This document shows positions 38,801 to 49,729 of a DNA stretch of 64,000 nt, piece by piece. Within the stretch, counting starts at the first letter, position 1, and every line of letters begins with the position of its first letter. The DNA is from Ophelia neglecta (taxonomy: Eukaryota), in contig OZ260666.1 of the NCBI GenBank assembly GCA_965285935.1, positions 40,548,001-40,612,000 on the forward strand. Direction: 5' to 3'. The notes beneath the pieces were generated by a model that saw only the letters and a list, made by a program, of their open reading frames with translations, was not told the origin of the DNA and did no database searches. A program made the translations under genes and the position numbers.

Positions 38801-41800
38801 CTTCATGGAAGTTTGTTATGGCTAGTAGAGGATGATTTCATATTGTTTTCGGACCGATCGGAAAAACAAGATGGCCGCTACGATTCATCGGGTAAGGTTT
38901 GTATGTCGGACGAAATCTCTCGAACGGGTGAAGGGATTTTTCCGAAACTTCATGGAAGTCTTCTATTAGACATTGCGGTGTGCTGAAAAGGTTTTGGGCA
39001 AGATCGGAAAAACAAGATGGCCGCCGAGGGCAATAATTTAGAAATGCATTAACATGGAATCTTTTGGAAGCTTAACGGTGTGAGATAGGTGCATAATATG
39101 TATTGAACACTAATAGGAAACCATATACAAGGAATCCAGTGGTGTCTTTGAATTTCACCTTGGGTTTATTTTTCAAGGTCAAATCTCAATGCTGAGAGAT
39201 AGGCATATAACATGTTTTGAGTACTAATAGGAAATCATACACAAGGAATCCAGTGGTGTCCTTGAATTTCACCTTTGGTTTATTTTTGTTCATATTGTTT
39301 TCGGACCGATCGGAAAAACAAGATGGCCGCCACGATTCATCGGGTAAGGTTTGTATGTCGGACGAAATCTCTCGAACGGATGAAGGGATTTTTCCGAAAC
39401 TTCATGGAAATCATCAATGGGGCATTGCGGTGTGCTGAAAAGGTTTTGGGCGAGATCGGAAAAACAAGATGGCCGCCGAGGGCAATAATTTAGAAATGCA
39501 TTATCATGAGATCTTTTGGTAGCTTAACGGTGTGAGATAGGTGCATAATATGTATTGAACACTAATAGGAAATCATGTACAAGGAATCCAGTGGTATCTA
39601 TGAATTTCACCTTGGGTTTATTTTTCAAGGTCAAATCTTAACGGTGAGAGATAGGCATATTAAATGTTTTAATCACTAATAGGAAATCATACACAAGGAA
39701 TCCAGTGCTGTACTTGAATTTCACCTTGGGTTTATTTTTGTTCATATTGTTTTCGGACCAATTGGAAAACAAGATGGCCGCCACGATTCATCAGGTAAGG
39801 GTTGTATGTCACGCAAAATCTTTTGAAAAGATGCCGGGATTATTCCAAAAGTTCATGGAGGTTATCAATGGGACATTGTGGTGTGCTGAAAAGGTTTTGG
39901 GCAAGATCGGAAAAACAAGATGGCCGCCAAGGGCAATAATTTAGAAATGAATTAACTTGGGATCTTTTAGAAACTTAACGGTGTGAGATAGGCGCATAAT
40001 ATGTATTGAACACTAATAGGAAACCATATACAAGGAATCTTGAATTTCACCTTGGGTTTATTTTTCAAGGTCAAATCTTAACGGAGAGGGATAGGCATTT
40101 AAAATGTTTTAAACACTAATAGGAAATCATACACAAGGAATCTAGTGTTGTCCTTGAATTTCACCTTGGGTTTATTTTTGTTCATGTTGTTTTTGGACAA
40201 GATGGCCGCCACGATTCATCAGGAAAGGTTTGTATGTCGCGCAAAATCTATCGAACGGATGAAGGGATTCTTCCGAAACTACATGGAAGTCATCTATTGG
40301 ACATTGCGGTGTGCTGAAAAGGTTTTGGGCGAGATCGGAAAAACAAGATGGCCGCCGAGTGCAATAATTTTGAAATGCATTAACATGGAATCTTTTGGAA
40401 GCTTAACGGTGTAAGATAGGCGCATAATATGTATTGAACACTAATAGGAAATCATGTACAAAGAATCCAGTGGTGTTGTTGCATTTCACCTTGGGTTTAT
40501 TTTTCAAGGTCAAATCTTAATGCTGAGAGATAGGCATATAAAATGCTTTGAATACTAATAGGAAATCATACACAAGGAATCCAGTGGTGTCCTTGAATTT
40601 CACCTTCAGCTTATTTTTGTTCATATTGTTTTCGGACCGATCGGAAAAACAAGATGGCCGCCACGATTCATCAAGTAAGGTTCATCCGCTAATAAACATC
40701 TTGGCGGAGGCATCCAGGCGACGCCGCTAGGCGTCGCTTGACTGTTCAAGTCAACTTCGATCCACATCGACTACTATCTAGTTTTGTAATGAAGTCATTA
40801 GCAACATTTCAACCCTACAAGACGTGCGTTTACATTTCAGGCCCCTATTAATCTCCATCCCCAGCTGACCCAGCACACTGTTCAGAATGCCACTCCTCAT
40901 ACAACAGGCACCTCCACAGCTGGACAAAACGCCCAGCAACTCCAGGTAAGCTACCCAGTGTTCTTAAATTGGTAAAAATGTTGGTAATTTGTGGATGTCT
41001 ATCAACTTAGTTTTATAATGAAATAAAATATATTTATTCTTGGCTTTGTTGATTTTTAGACTCAGCCGGGCGGTTTACAGGGGACCATTATTCAGACATC
41101 CTCTGGTAACAAGATCTTGATCCAGGGGCAGCAGATCAACCTGGCAACCCTCCAGGGTCTACCGGCCTCGGTGGTCGGCATGCAGCAGACGGGGCAGCCC
41201 ACCAGCCAGGGACCTGTTCAGCTCCAAGGCCTACCGGCCTCGGTGGTCGGCATGCAGCAGACGGGGCAGCCCACCAGCCAGGGACATGTACAGCTCCAAC
41301 CTGGACAGGTCCAGATACAACAGGGACAGGTCCAGGCACCGGTCCAGGCCAGCCATGTTCTCCATTCTGGACAGGTGGTCCAGTCTGGACAGGTGGTCCA
41401 GTCTGGACAGGTGGTCCAACAGGGACAGGTACTCCAGCAAGGACAGGTGGTCCAGCAGGGTCAAGTGGTCCAGCCGGGACAAGTGGTCCAGCAGGGACAA
41501 GTGATACCTCCAGGTCATCTTCAAGTCCATGCAGGACAGATATTCCAGCAGCTCCAGTCGGGGCAGGTATTACAGCCGGGACAGCTGATACCACAGGGAC
41601 ACCTGGTCAATCTGGCACAGCAACCAGGACAACAGATATTCATCCAACAGATGCCAGGCAATCCTGGGCAAAACATCATTTTGCGAACTATGACTCCTAA
41701 CATTGTGCAGTTTCAGGCAGGAAATTCCAATGCCAGTGTGCAGCCAGTTAGTGCTAGTGGAGTGACATCAATGGCTTCGCAATCTAAGCCGCATTTTGTG

Positions 41801-44800
41801 ATGACACCTAGTGGTCAAATTATACAACAACAACTTAATACTCAGACTGTAGCGGGCCCTACACCCTTCCAGATCCCCCAGTCAACAGGACAACCCCCTA
41901 GTCAGCAGCAACATATAGCTCTGGCCCCACAACCATCTCCCATACAGGCTCCAGCACAGGGTCAGCAAATACAGCTTCAGACAATTCCAGGCCAGCACCA
42001 GTTAGGTTTACAACAAAAAACTTTACAAACTGCTGCTGCCCAGCTTCAACAGTTGCAGTTACAAAACCAGCAGCAACAGTTGTTACAACTCCAGCAGAGC
42101 CAGGCACTGCAGAACAAGCAGGTAGGGGGTGTGCCAAACATCACCCTCAATATAGCCGGGCAGACGGTGAACATTCAGAACATTTCCCAGCTACAAGGCC
42201 TCCAGGGTCTGAACGTTCAGCAGGGTGGTCAGCGGCAGACGATCACCCTCACCCAGCAGCAGCTGCTCCAACTACAGCAGATGCAGAGCCTGAGTCAGGC
42301 CCAGCCAAGCTCCTCCCAGGCGCAGCCCACTGTCGGTAATTCCAGTGTACAAAGTGTATCTAGTCAGGGTATTCCAGCGCAGGGTGTCGGTACGACAAGC
42401 GCTCTCAACGCCTACGTGACAGTGGCTAGTGGTGTGCAGGTATCCACGTCGACCAGTTCACAAGCCTCCAGTGGCCAGTATGGTCACACCACACTGACCA
42501 GTTCTAATGGATATTCCCAGGCAGTGACTACTAGTGGTCAGTCTCACTCCATCCCCCACCTAAAGGCAGCACCAGTTTCAACTTCTCAAAATTTGGCATT
42601 GATCCATCACCATAATGTTCAGAGTGCTCAGCCCACACAGCCGAGCAGTCAGGCCCAGTTCAGCCTCGCTCCCAACCAGAGAAACCTTACTCAGGCTTTA
42701 TCACAAGCGCAAAATGTTCTTTCAGCCAGTGCTTCGGTGCAGTCGGTATCGACGCCTGCTGTCATCCCCTCTGCCACCTCGTCTGGTCTGTCTGTGGTGG
42801 CTCCGAATGTAAACATTCAGACACTGGGCCTCAGCTCAAAATTACCGTTCAGTCCAGACTCCCTCACTCGGACTCCTGCCTCAGTGGTGAACACAGCGAC
42901 AGTGACAAGGGCCCAGGTGTCTAGCTACTCGTCTGCCAAGGATAGTATAGCTGACACAATACTGGCTATGGCGGCTTCCTCAACTGGTACAGGGTTCTCC
43001 AACGGCAATGTGGTTACCTCTCACCTGCCAACGGCAGTGCCTAGCAGTCAGCTGAGCAGTACGAGGACTCTCAGTCTGCCCAGCGGGAGCCCTTGCCCTC
43101 AGCCGGCTAACACTGTCAGCGCTGCTAGCTCAGCTCTAACTACAGTGGTTAGCACTCAGCCTACAGCGGTGCGTTCGGTCAACCCGCCTCCTGCCCCTCA
43201 ACAAGTGCATTCAGCCACTAACAAAACCGAAACCATCCACCTGGGCCCCCTGCACACCATACCAGCTTCTGGCCAAAGTGATCCCGCTCAAAGGGTACAA
43301 ACAATCCAGCTGACACCCACCAACCAACATCTGCTCGTCAAAATACAAAACCAGGTGAAGCTGCTGCTAAATGTACCCGCTGGCCAGAGAACTGAGCAGC
43401 AGACTAAAGTCTTGCAGCAGTTGGCCGAGGTGCAGCAGACGATCCTGACCCAGGGCCGCGTTCAGGCTTTACAGCAACAGAGAATACCAGCTGCTGGAAA
43501 TGCAGCGGCCACTACAACTACCACCATCAAACAGGAGCCTCATAGTTCTGTAGTGGGAGTCAACCCACCCTCCACAGTGGCTTTCACCCAGATCAGCAAC
43601 CCCGGGCCACTGGCCCCAATACAAGGTGATACATTTAACTCAATCAACACCCTAAAGACAATGTTATATTAAACCTTATGATCCTTTAATAAACAAATAT
43701 CAATTTAGAATGTGAGTTTAAAATTACTCAATGGTTTACATGTTTAGAGCAAATGCAATTATACTTCTATGTGCCATTCATCTTGCCTTAACAGCTATTT
43801 CGGGGCGGGGGGGGGGGGGGGGGGGCTTTTATCACCGCTTCTCTTATTGACAACATAGCAGTTACCAGATATTCACAGTGTTGGAACATAGTTTATGTCA
43901 AAGAAATTGAAACTTCACTGAACTAAGGTGTCATATATTTTGTCCTTTCATCAGTATGTTTTCCACTTTTTAGTTGTGAGTAGTAATAGTTCTGCAATCA
44001 GCGTTTCACAATCTCATGGCTTGGTGACTACGACAGCTTCAAGCACTCCACTGGCACCTGCCGGATTACAAACCTCCACCTCTCAGCAACAACAAACGGT
44101 AGGTTAAGGTTTTTAGCAGAAAAGTTGAATATCAAACAAGATTGAACTTGTGAGTTGGATGTGCTGTTGTCCCTGATTGTTTTTTTTTTGCAGATTTACT
44201 TGTACATCAAGAACAAAAATTGTTTTGTATTGAATGGAAATTAAATTAATACTCTTTCAGCTGACAAGCATTATGCAGCTACCACAAAATATAAAGCAGA
44301 AACTGCAAGCCCAGTTAGCGAAGATGAATCCCGAACAGCAGCAGTGGTTCTACAAAAACCAGACTGCTGTGCTGCTCAAGATACAACAGCATCAGACAAT
44401 GCTACAGGAAAAACAACAGCAAGGTCAACTGAGTTCAACAAACAAGGTCCCTGTCGCTGTTAAATTACAGGTACTTGTCAAATTTGTCATTGCAGTTTAC
44501 TGTATGGGAGAGAAATGTCCAAGTGAGCTGTCTTTGTTCACATAAATATTGCTTATTTTACAGAATGCTGGGAAAGGCATCACCGAAATAAAGCCTATAC
44601 TTCTTCCACAAGGCGTGACAGTGGCCCAAATTGGCAACACTATGGTTTTTAAAAAACCTGCCATTCCACTGACTAAAAAGCAAAAGTAAGTTTTCAAAGA
44701 ACATTTACGCTGCAAAAATCTTAATGCCCCAAATAAAAGGGAGAGATATAATCCTGTATATTTGGTTTATTCCGCAGTTGGAGTCCCTGGAATGTGCCAA

Positions 44801-47787
44801 TATACATGTATTTTTTAGTTGAAGGATAGCAAGTTTAATTATAAGATTCAAAATGACTGTCTGTCAAAATGTAATGCTTCTGTGCATACACACATTGTTA
44901 ATATGGTTCTGCATACACATATGGATTATATCTTATGGTTGATCTGTGTTTTTATGCCTCCGCACCGAAGGGGCCGGAGGCATTATGTAGTCGGGTTGTT
45001 TGTCCGTCCGTCCGACCGTCCGAAGCAACTTTAAACCGCTAGAACTCCTCAGGGCTTTGAGAAATTCACTTGTGGCTTCATGGTAGTTTGTTATGGCTAG
45101 TTTGGTAGTCAAATGGTAATTTTCTGCATATCTATGATGTTTATGTATGATCTAGATTCCAACAGAAGTTGTTAGAAGATCAGGCAAGGGTAATGAAAGC
45201 GGACACCCAAAAGACATTCAGAACGGTGAAGGATGCCATTAAGAGACTGTTGCCTTATCATGTGTTCTCAGTGAAAGAAGATTCCGAGAAAGAAATCTAC
45301 CAAGGTAAGTAACTCCCCCCACCCCCACGTCCTTCCTTGGATTGTATATATATATATTATCAAAATTATGGTAAATGTCTGTACATTTTGTTAACTCCTC
45401 CATTGCTTGTGCTATTCTATTGCTTGAGAACAGAACCCTTTTCATATGCATTGTTACATAGAAAACCTTAACCTGTCTCAAAATGCAGGTGGCTCCCTCA
45501 AGGCACAGGGAAATGTGTGTGATATTTTCAATTATTGATCAGCAGAATGTTGATGTACCTAATTTAACTGTCATTATGCATTTACATATACATGTATTAT
45601 ATTTTAATTATGTACACTGTAGTTAAGAATTATGGTAATGTTTAGCTATGTGCAGGACCCATACCCAAACAAACATCCAGTGCTAATTTTTGAATGTTTT
45701 TCATTTTGTATTGATTTTTCATTTTATTTCTCTGTACATGTATACATGAATAATTTATGTGATACTATATCGTACTATATTATATTAATACCAGTGTAGA
45801 ATTTGCATATACTACTTATTATACTGGTCTTGATCTATTTTTACCTGTTTATTGTGCTGTGTCTGTTTATGGTGCTGTGTCTGTTGATTGTGCTGTGTGC
45901 TATTACAATTTTTATTTGTCTTTGCGTCATCACATGACATTAAATTATTAAGTATTATTTTATTGATTTTCTCCATATGTATCGAACAAATTAAAATAAT
46001 ATGACATAGTATTGTATGCATCTAACTATCTTTTCATGACTTGTCTTTTACCTCCATTTTTAAATTTAGCCCTTTTTGATATCATGCATTATATTAAAAC
46101 TAAACTATGATTAGCAAAATAATAAACTAAGAAAACTGCTAAAGTATATAGAGTTAATTGTGTGATTATTCAATGATTGAAGGTGATCAGAAATATGAAG
46201 AACTGGCCAGAGACCTGGCTGATAGACGGGACAACATGTTTCGTAAATACCAACATTTGCTTCTGGATGAAAGTATGGTAGGTCTTATTCACAGTGCAAC
46301 TATTAAATGTCTATTTAATCAAATCTTCTTAATCTTATTCAATATTATTGGTCTTACAAATACTGTAGTTTAAATACGGTTTGTTTTCTCTTGTTTAACT
46401 GTGAGACTTGTTTCCAGAGTGAGGCCTCCACCGCTGACATGGTCATGTTGGAAAGAATATTTCTTGCAGATGAAAAGGACCATCTTGAGGCAGACAAAAA
46501 GCTAGTAGCTACTGACCCTGGTGAGTTTTGTCATATTGGTATTTCAGGTAGACCCTTGGCTTTGTGCCAATGACAAACATCCCACCTGATCAAAATGGTT
46601 TATAATACCAGGTCTAAGCACCTTAGTTATTGTGAAACTGATCTTTATTTTCAGAGTCATTCCATCCCAATCCATACATCCCACCTCCAAAGCTTGCCAA
46701 AGAGGAGAGCATTGAAGAAGGAGGGACAGAGGAGGTGTTTCCTCCTTTACTCCCTTCAGCAGCCAAGGCTGAAATGGAGAAGCAGGTGGTGAAGAGTGAA
46801 GTGAAAGAAGAGCCTGAAGATGGCTGGCAGAGTCCTAGCTACACTCTACGATCCCAAGGAGGCCTCAAGATGGTGTTCAAGAGCAGCCCAGCCCCCCATA
46901 AAAGTCCAATGTATTTATCAGACTCAGCCAAAATCAAGGCCGAAACTGATGCCGGGGATTCTTCTCCTAAACGTATTAAACTGGAACCAGAGGAGAACAT
47001 TCTGGAAGAAAACTGCTGTCCACTGTCTCCAGACCTACCTGATAAGCCTTTCAAGAGTTACTCAGCAAATAATATGGTTGAAAAAATAGATAATGAGTTT
47101 ATGTCTTTGCGACATTCCTCAACTGGAGACAGTGATGCTCCTAATCAGTCTGAAGCGGACATAGCCGTGGCTGGTTTGCTAGGCAGTAGTGACCTGGAGG
47201 AAGACTATGATGCCACATTTTTCAGCAAGCCTGATGAGGGTCAAAACCACCGCGTCCCTGATGTGAAGAGCACCTATTCTACACAGTATGACATGATCAG
47301 CGACGTGGAGAGTGAAGACATTCAGGGAAACTTACAAGAACAGTCTCTGGGTGATCTGAGCTCAACAGAGGAGCCTGTCCCTGCAGAACCCAAGGATGAG
47401 TTACAGTCAGCTGTGGGGGGCCTTATGGCTGACTTTGGTCATTTCCCAGATTCGTCTGTTCCACCACCAGGGTATGCAAGCGACCATGGTCAGAGTCAAT
47501 CAGATTTCTACTACACAAGCCAGTCAGAAGGGGAGGAAATGTCACATGACCTGTTTGAGGAAGCACAAGAAAGCAGCCAGGATTTCCAGCCAACAGAAGA
47601 AGTGGAGAGTGCAATAAACAGTATTCTAGACTATGACCAGTTTGGCAGCAGTACATTTCCTAGTAGTGTAGAGGCAAGCCAAGGTAAAACAGTTCAAGAT
47701 GAAGAGTCGGAGCAGTATGGTGATCTCTCGGAGCACGAAATTCAGGACCAGGATGATCTTGATGCTGCCATACAAAGTATTCTATAG
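35810..47787 (+). CDS. BICRA: BRD4-interacting chromatin-remodeling complex-associated protein (GLTSCR1/BICRA family, ncBAF subunit), about 1755 aa
   Basis: Exons 35810-35871, 36497-36548, 36864-37222, 37575-37761, 40841-40945, 41060-43625, 43974-44098, 44261-44470, 44564-44685, 45156-45304, 46183-46277, 46418-46520, 46655-47787; 5268 nt in frame. N-terminal EDGRCLLDVIGDPDALSDFL, long Q/P/S-rich disordered region, GLTSCR1 domain (DAIKRLLPYHVF...MFRKYQHLLLDESM...MVMLERIFLADEK), C-terminal AIxSIL motifs. The start could instead be ATG 35837. Likely co-orthologous to vertebrate BICRA and BICRAL. Confidence 0.88.
37931..40784 (+). mobile_element. Helentron-associated / DINE-1-like non-autonomous element (HINE) with ~450-bp internal tandem repeats, in a BICRA intron
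   Basis: 5' T-run, then ATGCCTCCG...CGGAGGCAT hairpin, (GTCC)n(GACC)n microsatellite, about 6 core units of ~450 bp, 3' inverted copy GGCGGAGGCAT (~40703), 3' hairpin GCGACGCC-GCTA-GGCGTCGC, end CTAG followed by a T-run. Confidence 0.75.
41148..41510 (+). repeat. Coding tandem repeats in the large BICRA exon
   Basis: 75-bp duplication (LQGLPASVVGMQQTGQPTSQG(P/H)VQ x2) followed by about 8 18-bp units encoding GQVVQ(S/Q/P). Confidence 0.85.
44948..45102 (+). mobile_element. Truncated second copy of the same HINE family
   Basis: Highly similar to the first ~190 bp of the 37931 element (hairpin, GTCC microsatellite, start of core); ends at an internal GGCTAG followed by TTT. Confidence 0.75.
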
Positions 47788-48512
47788 TTTCTAAAAGATC
47801 ACTACAATAAGAGGGAGTGAAATTATGAGAACGGCACATCTGCTGATGAGCATTTAAAATACAATTGGCTAGGCTTGCAATCATGAAGAGGAAACACAAT
47901 ATTTGCTTTGACCATAATTTCGACATAAATAATTTGGCAAAATACATTTATACAAGAATGCATATGCATACATGTGGCTACTTATTCCAGAGTTTAGGTG
48001 CTAGTGTTCTCTCAATATACACATGTCTAATGGTCTGTTTCAACTTCAATGTGGCAACTCTGCTTGTAGGTAAAAAGCCATTTCAGCGCTATGCAAACCT
48101 ATAATGTTATTAAATTTAATAGCTTTTTGCTTGATGAACCGGTTAATTTGCTCCACCCAGCTGTTTAGCCTGTAAAAGTTTAATCCTGTAACTATCTAGA
48201 CCGTGAACTTTAATTTATGGTACACGTGTACTGCCGATATCACATTCCATCATAATTAAATAGACTACATATTATTATGGAACCATTAAGATTCTCATAT
48301 ACCTTGCATAACTATACACTCAGGAAACATAAACCATACACTGGTTGTATTGGCAAGGTGCTAAAATTGGCACATGGCAACCACAAGTTTATAATAATAT
48401 TAGGTAATTAATTTAATTTTTGCAAGGGTCTTTATTTGCATTGTGTAAATTCAGTGTATCTGTAACTGGTGTTATTTAAACAAAGTTTTGTTGCAATTCA
48501 TCTGGGAGAAGC

Positions 48513-48660
48513 CAGGGTTTGACACAAGTGGTTGCCCAACTGCCTGGGGCAAGTAAAATAGAAATCTGGCAAGTGAATTCCAGCTTCTATTTGGCATATC
48601 TATTTGGCATATGTCGGCATGGATCAGGTTGTAAGTTTGGGGCAAGTAGTTTTTACAGTT
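48513..48660. mobile_element. Fragment related to the 12779 MITE, in the BICRA 3' region
   Basis: CAGGG start and repeated GGGCAAGT/TTGCCC motifs. Confidence 0.35.
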
Positions 48661-49476
48661 TGTGACATGCTGTGGAGTCTTTCATGGCTCATTTCATACA
48701 CTGGTACTATGCAAACCGCTTCTCTTTGTAATGCAATGAAATGGGGGAAAATGAAGATTTAACCCTTGTTACTTATGGCAAATATTTTCTAAGATACTGT
48801 AAAACATGACTGTTTAATGTGCTACTTGTTTTTGTGAATGTGTGTTTTTTCAATAATCGCAAAAGTAACATGCACATAAAGTAGTTTAATGTAGCCCATT
48901 CCGTGAAAACTAAATGCTGCCAAAATATTCATGCTGTACTATAGGGTGTTGTCTACCTACCCACAAGGCTATGCTTTGTGATAATTGACATGTCAGGCCT
49001 GCACCAGCGGGGGGGGGGGGTCCTTTTATCTTTGATGGCATTCAGGAAGAAATGCATCCCAACCTTCCCGGAGGCCAATTTTTGGAAAAGACCTAAACCA
49101 GTTTATAACTTATTTCCTATTTAAAAATGAGGTTGGTTGCACTTGTTAAGCTTCCAGGGTTGCATAGGACCGCTTTCACTTTCTAAGTGCTAGTGATTCA
49201 AAGCGAATGTCCGCCGACTATTATATAGCTCATAAGGTATTTATTGAAGTGCTCAGTTCCTCAGCTAGGATGTTGCTTGCAGTGTAAACCATGCATTTTT
49301 GTTTTTCTCAATGTTGAGCCAAAGGAATCAAATTATACAGACATATATTGAGGAAAATACTAGTAAATGCAATGTTCTATGAACATTAATTTAATAGAAA
49401 TTTGTAATATAAATTAGTTGTATATTTTTGTTGTGAAAGTAGATTTCTTTCTAAATTAATGTGTCCAAAAGAATAT

Positions 49477-49564
49477 AAATAAATACTGAACTTATTTTTA
49501 TACCATAAATAAATTTTGAAACAAGGAGAAATAAAAAAACAATATGCAAAATAATGAGTTTATT
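49477..49564. terminator. Clustered convergent polyadenylation signals (BICRA plus, WDR4 minus)
   Basis: AATAAA on plus at ~49478, ~49508 and ~49529; TTTATT (minus-strand AATAAA) at 49559-49564. Confidence 0.45.
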
Positions 49565-49729
49565 TCTGTATTTTATGACAATTTCAATTTACCCTATGTC
49601 AAAGATTATTTGATCTTTTTTTATATAGTTAACAAATCATGCCCGATTTTTTTTGGCATACTCTTGACTGCTTATAATATTGAAAAGTGAAAAAAACATT
49701 AGAGGGTACTTCTATTGATGAGGGTGTTA

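Noticed and set aside
38090-40730. Repeated short ORFs (SDRSEKQDGR..., KMAATIH...)
   Set aside because: Translations of HINE core repeats; no Rep or helicase motifs.
41136-42137. Antisense ORFs such as (LDHLSR)n and (PVQTGP)n
   Set aside because: Shadows of the repetitive BICRA coding exon.
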